A stretch of DNA of 64,000 nt, from the NCBI GenBank assembly GCA_964530845.1, contig CAZHBS010000002.1, forward strand, positions 20,778-84,777. The letters run 5' to 3'. This DNA is from an uncultured Muribaculaceae bacterium. GTDB taxonomy: Bacteria > Bacillota_I > Bacilli_A > RF39 > UBA660. The position numbers and the translations under genes are program-made. The notes under the pieces were generated by a model, which was given only the letters and a program-made list of their open reading frames with translations, had not been told where the DNA came from and made no database searches. The stretch's first letter is position 1; each line of letters opens with the position of its first letter. Shown in pieces: positions 53,852-63,970 of the stretch.

Positions 53852-54832
53852 ATGCCATCAATAATTACACACGATATGTTTGCAAAAAACGTTTTAGATA
53901 AGCTTGATACTAAAGATGCAGAAACAATTAATAAAGCCAAACAAATATATTTAACATTTGCCCAAAGTCATGATTACTTATTTTACTATTCTTCACTTAA
54001 TTTAAAAAAATCTATGCAAATTAAAAAGTTTGGAAGTAAAGCTCACAAGAAAAAAACACAAGCTTACTTTATAGACCTTATTAATAATATTAAAAAACAT
54101 AATTTAAAAAATTATGCTCCAGCAATTGCCTATCTTTATGGTTCAATTACTCATTATGTTTTAGATTCAACATGTCATCCCTTTATTTTTTATAAAACTG
54201 GTACTTATCATGGAAATGAAAAAAGTAGCTACAAATATCGTGGAGAACATTCTCATATTGAAAAAGATTTAGATGCTTATTATTATAAAAAATATTATGG
54301 AAGAGATTATAAATATTGTAATGTCTCTAAAGATATTATTAAAAAGCCTATTTTTGATGATAAATTAATCAATTTAATAAATGAAACATATCATAATGTT
54401 TACAATGAAAATAAAATCGGATATTACTATAAAAAAAGTATCACCTCTGCAAAAATAAAATATACATTATTTATAAATGATAGATTCGGAATAAAAAGAT
54501 TTTTCTATAAAATAATTGACAAAATAACTAGACATAAATTTGGTTATCTATCAGCTTATAGTACTCATATAAATGATATAAATGAAAATTTTTTAAATCT
54601 CAATCATAAAGTATGGAATCATCCATGCTTTCAAGATAAAACATATAATTATTCATTTGATGATTTATTAGAAATCAGTCTTGATAAATGTCTAAAAATA
54701 ATAGAAGTTGTTAATGATGTTTTATATAAAAATACTGATATTGAATCATTAAAAAAAGTAATACCAAACATTTCTTATTCAACAGGTCTTGATTTAGATA
54801 ATAATAAATCAATGCATTACTTTGAATACTAA
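53852..54832 (+). CDS. Zinc-dependent phospholipase C-like family protein
   Basis: MPSIITHDMFAKNVL N-terminus with His-rich sites (HYVLDSTCHPF, GEHSHIEKDLD). Confidence 0.5.
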   Translation: MPSIITHDMFAKNVLDKLDTKDAETINKAKQIYLTFAQSHDYLFYYSSLNLKKSMQIKKFGSKAHKKKTQAYFIDLINNIKKHNLKNYAPAIAYLYGSITHYVLDSTCHPFIFYKTGTYHGNEKSSYKYRGEHSHIEKDLDAYYYKKYYGRDYKYCNVSKDIIKKPIFDDKLINLINETYHNVYNENKIGYYYKKSITSAKIKYTLFINDRFGIKRFFYKIIDKITRHKFGYLSAYSTHINDINENFLNLNHKVWNHPCFQDKTYNYSFDDLLEISLDKCLKIIEVVNDVLYKNTDIESLKKVIPNISYSTGLDLDNNKSMHYFEY

Positions 54833-54852
54833 CATCTTTCATCATAAAAAAA

Positions 54853-54879
54853 GTAAATCTCCAATATATGCTGATTTAC
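54853..54879. terminator. Hairpin between convergent genes
   Basis: GTAAATC-N13-GATTTAC flanked by A- and T-runs. Confidence 0.45.
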
Positions 54880-54890
54880 CTTTATTTTAT

Positions 54891-55772
54891 TTAATGGTGG
54901 TGATGATGTCCACTATTGTGAACTTCTACATGACATTCTATATCTTCACACACTTCATCTTCTGTTTCTAATATAGAATGACAAATATTATGTTCAATTA
55001 ATTCTTCTCTTATTTCCTTTTTTATTGTTTTTATATCTTTAGACTTTGTTACAATATGCATTGTTGCATAATTACTATATCCATCAATACTCCATACATG
55101 AATATGATGTATATCTTCAACACCTTTTATTTTAAGCAAATGATTTCTTAATTCATCTATATTAATATCTTTTGGAGTTTTTTCTAAAAATAAATCTAAT
55201 ATACTTTTTAAATTACCTAAGGAATGAAATAGTATAAAAGTAGAAACACCTATACTCATAATTGAATCTAGTACTTTAATATCGGTAAACTTCATGAATA
55301 TCGCTCCAACTAAAACAACAACCCAACCTAAAACATCCTCTAGCATATGAAGATTAACTGCTTTTTGATTAAGTGAGTCCCCTTCTCTTGTAACGTAAGC
55401 AGCAATAAAATTAAGAACAACACCAATAACAGCAAATATAATCATTCCACTATAATTAACTTCAACTGGATTAAATAATCTTTCTATCGCACCAACTATT
55501 ACTAATATTGACCCAACTAAAAGAATCGTTGTAGTAATAACTCCCCCTAAAACAGAATATCTTGTATAACCATACGTATAATTATTATCAGGTTTCTTTT
55601 TACTCTTTCTTTCTAAAAAATATGAAATTCCTATTGATAATGCATCACCTAAATCATGAATAGAATCCGAAAGAATCGCAACTGAATTAGTAAATATCCC
55701 TCCAAAAAATTCAAATATCGAAAAAGAAATATTTAATAAAAATGCGATCAAAATATTCTTTTGTGTTTTCAT
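54891..55772 (-). CDS. Cation diffusion facilitator (CzcD/ZitB-like) metal exporter
   Basis: LSDSIHDLGDAL and HMLEDVLGW motifs, six TM helices and a C-terminal GHHHHH tail. Confidence 0.9.
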   Translation of the reverse strand: MKTQKNILIAFLLNISFSIFEFFGGIFTNSVAILSDSIHDLGDALSIGISYFLERKSKKKPDNNYTYGYTRYSVLGGVITTTILLVGSILVIVGAIERLFNPVEVNYSGMIIFAVIGVVLNFIAAYVTREGDSLNQKAVNLHMLEDVLGWVVVLVGAIFMKFTDIKVLDSIMSIGVSTFILFHSLGNLKSILDLFLEKTPKDINIDELRNHLLKIKGVEDIHHIHVWSIDGYSNYATMHIVTKSKDIKTIKKEIREELIEHNICHSILETEDEVCEDIECHVEVHNSGHHHHH

Positions 55773-55806
55773 TTTACAATCTCCTTTTATAATTTATGCT
55801 TATTTC

Positions 55807-55840
55807 AATTTAAATATGAACTATATATCATATTTAAATT
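55807..55840. promoter_or_regulatory. 13-bp perfect inverted repeat, candidate operator
   Basis: AATTTAAATATGA-N8-TCATATTTAAATT in the divergent CDF/TetR intergenic region, 35-68 nt upstream of the CDF start. Confidence 0.4.
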
Positions 55841-55946
55841 ATATACTTATCCATAAATATAGTCAATAAAATATGAATAAAATATCACATAATATTGTTT
55901 TATTATTTTTATAAAGGTATAATAATAAAAAAAGAGGTGACTAAAT

Positions 55947-56546
55947 ATGTCTGAAACAAGAATGCCAACTCAAAAAAGATCCATTGAAAAAAGGAATCGT
56001 ATTATAGAAAAAGGATTTGAATTAATGTGTGAAAAAGGTTTCTTTAATACCAATACCAATGAAATAGCAGATTATGCTAATGTTTCAACAGGAATTATCT
56101 ATCAGTACTTTAATGATAAAAAAGAAATTTTCATAGAAGGTACTAAAATCTATACAGATAATAATCTCTATCCACTAATAAATATCTTAGAAACAAGAGA
56201 AATAAATAAAGACAACTTTAGAAATGTTATCAATGATATGATTGACAGCTTATTAAAAGTAAATACTATTTCTAAAAAAGCTCATAAAGAGCTTATCGCT
56301 ATGGAACATTTGGATGATGATATTGCAAATATCTTTAAAGAAAACGAATTAAAAGTAACTAATAAAATGGTTTCAATATTAATTAATAATGGATTTAATC
56401 CAAATAATCTGAAAGAAAAAGTTCATATTATTTATAAATTAATAGATGACTACTGTCATGAAGTAATATATCATAAGCATAGTGAAATTGATTACAAAGT
56501 AATGAAAGAAGAAGTTTTAAATATAGTTATAGATACAATAAAATAG
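55947..56546 (+). CDS. TetR/AcrR-family transcriptional regulator
   Basis: N-terminal HTH TNEIADYANVSTGIIYQYFNDK. Confidence 0.85.
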   Translation: MSETRMPTQKRSIEKRNRIIEKGFELMCEKGFFNTNTNEIADYANVSTGIIYQYFNDKKEIFIEGTKIYTDNNLYPLINILETREINKDNFRNVINDMIDSLLKVNTISKKAHKELIAMEHLDDDIANIFKENELKVTNKMVSILINNGFNPNNLKEKVHIIYKLIDDYCHEVIYHKHSEIDYKVMKEEVLNIVIDTIK

Positions 56547-56552
56547 TAGTTT

Positions 56553-57635
56553 TTATCTACTATTTTTATTATCTATTTCACTCCAGGTAATTCCATTATC
56601 AACACTATACAAAATAATCTTTTCTATGCCCGAATCACTATAAACATCTGCCTTAATTTTTAATATATCATCTTCGATGTAAGGAACATCTTGAATATAT
56701 AATACTTCATTTAATTGATCTACTTTTATAGTAGCCTTTTCAAAGCTTTTCCCTCCATTTGTTGTTACCAATAATAACCTATTATCTCCTCCAGTACCAG
56801 CAACACCAAAATCATTTATAAATCCAACATTTTCATTAATAAAAGAAAACTCTGCTCCGTTATGTATTATTAACAAATCATTATTATTTTCTAATTGTCT
56901 CTTCCAAGTAGTTCCTCCATCAAACGACTTTTCAACAGAAACAATTGTTCTTTGAGCTAATATATAATCAACAGCTACTATTCTTATAATGGTATTATCA
57001 TCAAACTTCTTTTCATATAAAACTTTATTATAAATTTTATCTAACTCATCATCAACTATATTATCATTTTTATTTTCATTTGAATTGTCAATATCTTCAT
57101 CTTTTGAATCATTAACATAATTATCTTTATTATTTATTGGTTTACCATTATCATCATAATAGATTGTATATAAATAATCTTGAAGAGAATCATCATATGC
57201 TTCATAAATTCTTTCATTTTTCTTTCTTATAAAAATATTTTGAAAATCATAATAATTAATCCAGTTTGAAAATAGAAAAGAATGTGTTTCTTTAATCATT
57301 AGACTTCCATCTTTAAAAACAAAACTTTCAAAATCTTGAAAAAAGAAAAATAAACAAACAATTGGTAATAAAACTATCACTTCTATCACTATAAAAACAA
57401 TCTTTAAAATTACTTTTATTTTTTTATTACTAATCTTATTAACTAATTGTATGGTACCTATAATAATACCACCAATTATCAATACAATACTCAAGTTAAT
57501 AAACCACTTTAAAAAAACATATCCAACTAAATTTAAAATTAGCCCAAGTAAACATATAACTATTGCGTACAATAAAGTATCAAATAATATATATTTTGTA
57601 ATTCTTTTTATTATTTCTTTCAAACTATTCTCCAA
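56553..57635 (-). CDS. Membrane protein with extracytoplasmic BNR-repeat domain
   Basis: Four N-terminal TM helices and the BNR-like repeats SFDGGTTWK, TTNGGKSFE and SVDNGITWSE. Confidence 0.55.
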   Translation of the reverse strand: MENSLKEIIKRITKYILFDTLLYAIVICLLGLILNLVGYVFLKWFINLSIVLIIGGIIIGTIQLVNKISNKKIKVILKIVFIVIEVIVLLPIVCLFFFFQDFESFVFKDGSLMIKETHSFLFSNWINYYDFQNIFIRKKNERIYEAYDDSLQDYLYTIYYDDNGKPINNKDNYVNDSKDEDIDNSNENKNDNIVDDELDKIYNKVLYEKKFDDNTIIRIVAVDYILAQRTIVSVEKSFDGGTTWKRQLENNNDLLIIHNGAEFSFINENVGFINDFGVAGTGGDNRLLLVTTNGGKSFEKATIKVDQLNEVLYIQDVPYIEDDILKIKADVYSDSGIEKIILYSVDNGITWSEIDNKNSR

Positions 57636-57649
57636 TCTGTATTAAACAA

Positions 57650-60103
57650 CTACTCTACATTCTTTAAAGATTCAATCATATCTATCTTTAATAAACTAAA
57701 ATGTGTAATCATATTTATAACTATCATAAATACTGAAGTAAGACATGCTGAAATAATATAACTAAATAAACTTAAATCTCTAACAAACATTACTGTATCA
57801 GGTTCACATGTAGAAATAATAAAATTACTTAAATATTTACCACAAACAAGTCCAATTATAATACCGACTACTGATAAAATAATACTCTCTTTTGTTATAT
57901 AATCATCTACTTCTTTATTATAAAAGCCTAATACTTTTAAAGTTGCTATCTCTCTTTCTCTTTCACATATATTAATATTTGATAAATTATAAAGAACAAC
58001 AAGTGCAAGTAAAGCAGCTGCAACAATTAAGACAACTACAACAGAATCAAGTGATTTCATTGTCTTATTAACTAAATCAATTATTTCATTAGAATTTACT
58101 AATCCAGAAACACCATTAGTACTTAAAATATCTTTATCAAATTCATCAACACTTCCACTATCAAAATCTTTATCTAAGTTAATATAATAAGTATTATTTT
58201 CATATTCTCCAAATAAATCATTATATGTTTCTTTATTTAAAAAGATATACTGACCAACATAATTTTCTACGACATTAGATACATTTACTTTCTTCTTTTG
58301 ATTATCAATTTCTATATACAAATAGTCTCCAACATCAACTCCAAAAACGTTTCTTGTTTTCTCACTAATAATTACTTGATTATCTTTTGGTATAACATTT
58401 TTATTATTATTATTATCAATATCATACAAGGAAATAACTTTATTAAGACTATTATAATCATCACTTACTATTAAATTTACGTTATCTTGTTTCTTATTAT
58501 ATTCGATAATTGTATCATTTAAAAAACATGGTGTATAAAAATCAACTATATCATTATCTAAAGCATCACTTAAATCTACATCATTGCTTAGAGTTACCAT
58601 TCTGTCATAATGAAATACTCTTTCAAATTGATAATTTACAATATTACTAACCGCATCTCTTAAACCAAATCCAGCTAAAATTAAAGCAGTACATCCTGCA
58701 ATTCCTAGGAGTGTTGCAAGTACTCTACTCTTATATCTAAATATATTCCTAAGAGTTATCTTTTGTGAAAAATTAAACTTACTCCAAATAAAAGGTATCT
58801 TTTCAAGTAAAACTCTTTTTCCTGCTTTAGGAGACTTAGGCCTCATAAGATTTGCAGGAACATTTTTTAAATTTTTAATACAAGCAAATATAGAACTACC
58901 ACATATACATATAACTGCAATACCTAAACCAATAATTGTATATTTAACATTAATATCACAACTAAAATAAGGAACTGTAAACATCATTTGATATATATTC
59001 CAAATAATTTTTGGAATTAAAGTACATCCAATAAACACACCAATTATTCCACCAAGTACTGTAGCAGTAAAAGAAAATAATAGATATTTAATCAACACAT
59101 CACTTGTCTTATAACCTAATGCCTTCATAGTACCATTTTCAAGTCTATCTTCTTCAACCATTCTCATCATAGTAATTAAACTAATAAGAATAGCAATAAC
59201 ATAAAAAACCAGAGGAAAAACATCTCCAATTCTTCCAACATTAACACTTGCATCAACTACATCATTATATGCTTGATTGTCATCTCTTAAATATAAATCA
59301 ATATTTACATCTTTTATTGAATCTTTAGGGATAGAAACATTCATCATTTTAGACATATCAATTATATCTTTATAAACTTCATTATATCTTCTCTCTTCTA
59401 AAGAATGCTTTAGAAGATTAATCTCATCATAGACAGAATTAACCTTATCTTTATAAACACTATCATTTGTTATATATTTTTTTACATCATCTACTAAAAT
59501 AAACAAATTAGTATAATAATCACTCTTAATAACATCACTAACTACATAAGCATAATATTTAATTTGCCCATTACCAATATTAGTAAATCCTCTATCCATA
59601 GAATAATATAATGGACTAAGACCTTCACCAACTATTTTAAATGACTTATCGCCTATTTCTACATTATCGCCTATCTCTAATTTATTATCCCTTAATAATT
59701 TTCCATCAACAATAATTTCTTTATTATTTTTTGGAAGTCTTCCTTTCTTTACATAAATCTCATTAACATCTTCATCAATACTCATTAATCTTACTGTATA
59801 TTCATAAGAATCAAGTTTTAAAAAATCATCTTTAATATAGCTTCCAATAACCGAAGAAACTCCATCAACATCTTCAAGAATAGAAATATCTTTATCTGTT
59901 AAACCCATATTAGAAACTACTTGAATATCATAAATATTATTTTCATCATGAAATTTATCCAAAGCATTTATCATATCAGGACTAGTTGCTTTTATTCCAA
60001 CAAAGAACCCAACTCCAAGTAAAGACATAAAAAATAATGATAAAAATCTTTTGTAATTATCTTTAATTTTTCTAATACTATGTAATAATAATTTGTTTCT
60101 CAT
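57650..60103 (-). CDS. ABC transporter permease, double FtsX domain (MacB/YbbP-like)
   Basis: 817 aa with two FtsX-type 4-TM modules, each preceded by a large extracytoplasmic domain. Confidence 0.85.
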   Translation of the reverse strand: MRNKLLLHSIRKIKDNYKRFLSLFFMSLLGVGFFVGIKATSPDMINALDKFHDENNIYDIQVVSNMGLTDKDISILEDVDGVSSVIGSYIKDDFLKLDSYEYTVRLMSIDEDVNEIYVKKGRLPKNNKEIIVDGKLLRDNKLEIGDNVEIGDKSFKIVGEGLSPLYYSMDRGFTNIGNGQIKYYAYVVSDVIKSDYYTNLFILVDDVKKYITNDSVYKDKVNSVYDEINLLKHSLEERRYNEVYKDIIDMSKMMNVSIPKDSIKDVNIDLYLRDDNQAYNDVVDASVNVGRIGDVFPLVFYVIAILISLITMMRMVEEDRLENGTMKALGYKTSDVLIKYLLFSFTATVLGGIIGVFIGCTLIPKIIWNIYQMMFTVPYFSCDINVKYTIIGLGIAVICICGSSIFACIKNLKNVPANLMRPKSPKAGKRVLLEKIPFIWSKFNFSQKITLRNIFRYKSRVLATLLGIAGCTALILAGFGLRDAVSNIVNYQFERVFHYDRMVTLSNDVDLSDALDNDIVDFYTPCFLNDTIIEYNKKQDNVNLIVSDDYNSLNKVISLYDIDNNNNKNVIPKDNQVIISEKTRNVFGVDVGDYLYIEIDNQKKKVNVSNVVENYVGQYIFLNKETYNDLFGEYENNTYYINLDKDFDSGSVDEFDKDILSTNGVSGLVNSNEIIDLVNKTMKSLDSVVVVLIVAAALLALVVLYNLSNINICEREREIATLKVLGFYNKEVDDYITKESIILSVVGIIIGLVCGKYLSNFIISTCEPDTVMFVRDLSLFSYIISACLTSVFMIVINMITHFSLLKIDMIESLKNVE

Positions 60104-60104
60104 A

Positions 60105-60806
60105 TTACCACTCTATATCCTTTACTGATTTTGGATGTTTATTAACTACAACCTTTTCAACTTCTCCACTTCTAAAATGAATAACTTTATCAGCCATTTC
60201 ACTTATTGCCGAATTATGAGTAATAATAACGACAGTCATATTTTCTTCTCTTGCCGTTTTTTCAAGCAACTCAAGTATTTGTTTACCAGTTTTATAATCA
60301 AGTGCTCCTGTTGGCTCATCACATAAAAGTAATTTAGGGTTTTTTGCAAGAGCCCTCGCAATACTAACTCTTTGTTGTTCTCCTCCACTTAATTGCGCAG
60401 GAAAATTATTTATCCTTTGCAATAACCCTACTTTATCAATAATCTCAACTGGTTCTAAATGATCTTTACATAATTGAACAGCCAACTCAACATTCTCAAG
60501 TACAGTCATATTTTGTATTAAATTATAAAATTGAAATACAAAACCAATATCATTTCTACGATATGTAATTAATTCTTTATCACTCAATTTATCAATTCTT
60601 TTTCCGTCAACTATAACACTACCACTAGTTAAATTATCCACCCCACCAAGGATATTTAATGCCGTAGTTTTACCTGCACCACTAGCTCCTAAAATACATA
60701 CAAGTTCTCCTTTTTCAATTTCAAAAGAAGCCCTATTAAGAGCATTAATAAAAACATCTCCCATTTTATATTCTTTACAAACGTTTTTAAATTCTATATA
60801 AGCCAT
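60105..60806 (-). CDS. ABC transporter ATP-binding protein
   Basis: Walker [10 protein letters not shown], signature LSGGEQQR and Walker B LLLCDEPT. The start was trimmed to MAYIEFKNV after GGGTGAT. Confidence 0.9.
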   Translation of the reverse strand: MAYIEFKNVCKEYKMGDVFINALNRASFEIEKGELVCILGASGAGKTTALNILGGVDNLTSGSVIVDGKRIDKLSDKELITYRRNDIGFVFQFYNLIQNMTVLENVELAVQLCKDHLEPVEIIDKVGLLQRINNFPAQLSGGEQQRVSIARALAKNPKLLLCDEPTGALDYKTGKQILELLEKTAREENMTVVIITHNSAISEMADKVIHFRSGEVEKVVVNKHPKSVKDIEW

Positions 60807-61082
60807 AAAATCACCCATCTTTTTAATTACTCAATTCAAAATATACTTTATCATTTTTTATCATTGATTTCAACATTACCAACTATAATTAAACAATCAT
60901 ACAAAAACAAATAAGAATTAATAACTGCTAATTATTTTAATTTCTGTATAATTTAAAGTCTCTTACGTCTTAAAGATTTATCTAACTAAAAAAATTAATA
61001 CGTAAACAAATGTAAAAATTTAATGAAGAAATTTTAAATATGTAAATATTAACCTATAATATAAGTACAAGGAGGATAAAAA

Positions 61083-62045
61083 ATGAATAATGAAATTAAA
61101 AATATAGCCTGTATTGGATCAGGAGTTATTGGATATAGCTGGGCATTATACTTCTCACTTAAAAAATTAAACACTACTGTTTATGATATCAGTGAAGAAA
61201 GTATTGCACTAGCTAAAGAAAGAATACACGATAGCTTACAACCACTAATTAAAAACAATGTTGTAACAGAAGAAGAAAGCAAGGAGATTGAAAATAGAAT
61301 AGTCTATACAACTAATCTTGAAACTGCAGTTAAAGATAGTGACTTTATAGTGGAATCTGCACCAGAAAGTTATGACATAAAAAAGAATCTAGTAATAGAA
61401 ATAGAAAAATATACAAAACCAACTACAATTATTGCATCTTCAACATCAGGTCTATTAATAACAGAAATCGCAAGTGTTGCAAAAAATCCTGAAAGATTTA
61501 TTGGAGCTCATCCATATAATCCACCACATTTAATACCACTTGTTGAAATATCAAAAGGAGAAAAAACAAGTGATGAAGTAATAGCAAAAGCAAAAGCATT
61601 CTATCAATCAATTGGAAAAGAAGCAGTAGTTCTTCAAAAAGAAGCCTTAGGTTTTATCTGTAATAGACTACAAATGGCTCTATATCGTGAAGTATGTGAC
61701 TTAGTAATGCGCGGAGTATGTACTATTGAAGATGCTGATAAAGCTGTAACATATGGACCAGGACTTCGTTGGGGAATAATGGGACCATCTTTAGTATTTG
61801 AATTAGGTGGAGGGAAAAATGGTATAGAAGGATTAATGAAACACCTTACACCATCAATCAATTTATGGCTAAATGATATGGCAGACTTCAAAGAGATGCC
61901 AGAAGAATTTGCATCCCTTGCTCAATTAGGAGTAAATGAAGAATTAAAAAACAGAGATGAGAAAATAGGAAATACTAATGAATCTCTTGCAGAATATCGT
62001 GATAAAATGCTAATAGAATTACTAAAATTACATAATAAATTATAA
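61083..62045 (+). CDS. 3-hydroxyacyl-CoA dehydrogenase-family enzyme (L-carnitine dehydrogenase / lambda-crystallin-like)
   Basis: Rossmann IACIGSGVIGYSWA, HPYNPPHLIPLVEI and GPGLRWGIMGP. Confidence 0.75.
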   Translation: MNNEIKNIACIGSGVIGYSWALYFSLKKLNTTVYDISEESIALAKERIHDSLQPLIKNNVVTEEESKEIENRIVYTTNLETAVKDSDFIVESAPESYDIKKNLVIEIEKYTKPTTIIASSTSGLLITEIASVAKNPERFIGAHPYNPPHLIPLVEISKGEKTSDEVIAKAKAFYQSIGKEAVVLQKEALGFICNRLQMALYREVCDLVMRGVCTIEDADKAVTYGPGLRWGIMGPSLVFELGGGKNGIEGLMKHLTPSINLWLNDMADFKEMPEEFASLAQLGVNEELKNRDEKIGNTNESLAEYRDKMLIELLKLHNKL

Positions 62046-62050
62046 AATTA

Positions 62051-62079
62051 AAACAAAAGATTATTAAAATCTTTTGTTT
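62051..62079. terminator. Bidirectional terminator (12-bp stem)
   Basis: AAACAAAAGATT-N5-AATCTTTTGTTT followed by T's, between convergent genes. Confidence 0.6.
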
Positions 62080-62080
62080 T

Positions 62081-62917
62081 TTATTGTACATAAAATTGAT
62101 CTTCAAAATTAATTTTTATTTCGCCTACTCCGCCATCAATTTCTATCTCATTAACTCCAGTACCGTAAACTCTATCACTATCTATTTTTTCACCATCAAG
62201 TTTTATACTGCCTATTCCTTTATCTACATCAATCTTATAATTTTCCATATCATCAATTAAACTTATATTAACAGAACCAACTCCAGAATCAAACTCGTTT
62301 TTTCCAGTTAATCTACCGTTGAAAGAAAACTCTCCAACTCCTAAATCAGCTTTTAAGTCGTTTATTTGACAAGATTTAAGTGTTGCTTTACCAACTCCAC
62401 CATTAATCTTTGCACTACCAGTTATTGTCATATTATCTATATTGACTTCACCTGCTCCAATTTTAAGATTAAGATTTCTTGCATTTAATGATTCTATATT
62501 TATTTTACCAGCTCCAGTATCAATATATGCTCTATCTAAATATAAATCTTCTGGAATATAAATTGTTAAAATACTTTCTTTATTGTTTAACCAACCTCTA
62601 TTATTATCTTTAATTCTAACATTACCATTTCTATTTGTATAAACTAATTTCGAATTATTAGTTTCAACTTTGAATTCATCACCCACTCTTATTTCCAGTT
62701 TAGTATAAGTAAGATCTAAATCCAATGAAGAAACATCATATTCTTTATCAGAAATAACTTCAACATTATCAGAAATAGCTGACTCATTACCATCAATTAA
62801 ATTAAAAATACTAAGTAAAGCAAAACCGCAACTTAATATTCCAGAAAAAATCGTAACGATTAAGAATACTGCAAAAGCTGTTGAAACATATTTTATTATT
62901 TTCTGAGTTTGTGTCAT
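62081..62917 (-). CDS. DUF4097 beta-strand-repeat protein (LiaG-like putative adhesin fold)
   Basis: N-terminal TM helix and repeated GxGxhxh units (GAGKINIE, GAGEVNID, GVGKATLK, GVGSVNIS, GIGSIKLD, GVGEIKIN). Confidence 0.7.
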   Translation of the reverse strand: MTQTQKIIKYVSTAFAVFLIVTIFSGILSCGFALLSIFNLIDGNESAISDNVEVISDKEYDVSSLDLDLTYTKLEIRVGDEFKVETNNSKLVYTNRNGNVRIKDNNRGWLNNKESILTIYIPEDLYLDRAYIDTGAGKINIESLNARNLNLKIGAGEVNIDNMTITGSAKINGGVGKATLKSCQINDLKADLGVGEFSFNGRLTGKNEFDSGVGSVNISLIDDMENYKIDVDKGIGSIKLDGEKIDSDRVYGTGVNEIEIDGGVGEIKINFEDQFYVQ

Positions 62918-63597
62918 TTTATCTCAACTCCTCCAAATAATACAGTACCATTTATATAAATAGTAGGACTTTTACTATCAACTTTTTCTTTAGATTTATT
63001 ATCTATTCCACCAAAAATTGATGTAGATTTAACTTTTATTTTTACATTATCAGGAACAAGTATATCAACTCCACCAAATGTAACATAAACATTAATGACA
63101 ACATCTTTATCAATTTTAGCTTCTCTTAAATCACATTTAACCCCACCAAATATAGCTGTTAAGTCACTTCCAGTAAACTTTTCATCATCATATTTAATAT
63201 TTTGTGATGAAAAAGTAGCACAACATGAATTTTCATCACTTCTTTTATCATTTAATTTTTTAATTTCTTTACTTACTTTTCTCCCAAAAGCATCTTTAAA
63301 AATAATAGATAATCCAATTATTACTAAAACGGCAGGAAAAGCAAGCTTCCAAATCAAGTCAAAATCCAAAATATCATTACAAGCTAAAAGTAATGCTACT
63401 CCTATTAATATACCAACAAAATTACCAGTTTTTTCGTTATCTTTAAATAAACCAATAAAGCAAGGAACAATAATAAATAAAGTCCACCATCCATTAAAAA
63501 AGATATTAACATTAGTAATTCCTATTGCATTACATCCTATTACTAGACCAATAAAAATAAAAACTAATCCCCACAATACATCTCCAAATTTTTTCAT
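62914..63597 (-). CDS. LiaF-like cell-envelope stress protein (LiaI-LiaF TM domain plus LiaF C-terminal domain)
   Basis: 4-TM N-terminus (WGLVFIFIGLVIG...WWTLFIIVPCFIGL) and C-terminal IFGGV/LFGGVEI repeats. The start was trimmed to MKKFGD after AGAGGAGA. 4-nt overlap with the DUF4097 gene. Confidence 0.6.
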   Translation of the reverse strand: MKKFGDVLWGLVFIFIGLVIGCNAIGITNVNIFFNGWWTLFIIVPCFIGLFKDNEKTGNFVGILIGVALLLACNDILDFDLIWKLAFPAVLVIIGLSIIFKDAFGRKVSKEIKKLNDKRSDENSCCATFSSQNIKYDDEKFTGSDLTAIFGGVKCDLREAKIDKDVVINVYVTFGGVDILVPDNVKIKVKSTSIFGGIDNKSKEKVDSKSPTIYINGTVLFGGVEIK

Positions 63598-63717
63598 ATT
63601 CTTTCTCCTCTTTTCTATCCTCATTATATCATATGAAATACTATATATAAATTAAAAACTCACTTAAATTTATAAGTAAGTTTTATATTCTTCAATATTA
63701 TCAAAATAAGCTATTTT

Positions 63718-63970
63718 TTAATCCGTACTTTTAAATGGATGTCTAATTTTATTTTTAATCTCACTAGATAAAACGTTCATCACAATTTCGTAAATTCTAT
63801 TAGTTTCTTCTTCAGAAACATTTAATTTACTAATAAATTCACTAACCATAATATCTTTATTTTTTTACCTAGTAAAAATGTATTTTCAAGTATATCATTA
63901 ATTATTATGCACTTATCTTTATCATAATTTAATTTTTTTGTAAAGTACTAATAAATTCTTTCTTATTCAT
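63718..63970 (-). pseudogene. Small gene of about 84 codons, interrupted twice at A7 runs (pseudogene, phase-variable, or assembly error)
   Basis: GGTGATATAG-ATG start at 63970. The frame breaks at the homopolymers at 63933-63939 and 63860-63866. Adding one A at each run gives MNKKEFISTLQKKLNYDKDKCIIINDILENTFLLGKKNKDIMVSEFISKLNVSEEETNRIYEIVMNVLSSEIKNKIRHPFKSTD. Confidence 0.35.

Noticed and set aside
55773-55946. NiCo (czcD-type) riboswitch upstream of the CDF exporter.
   Set aside because: The leader is almost pure A/T and cannot form the G+C-rich multi-helix junction of that riboswitch class. Only a DNA palindrome is visible.
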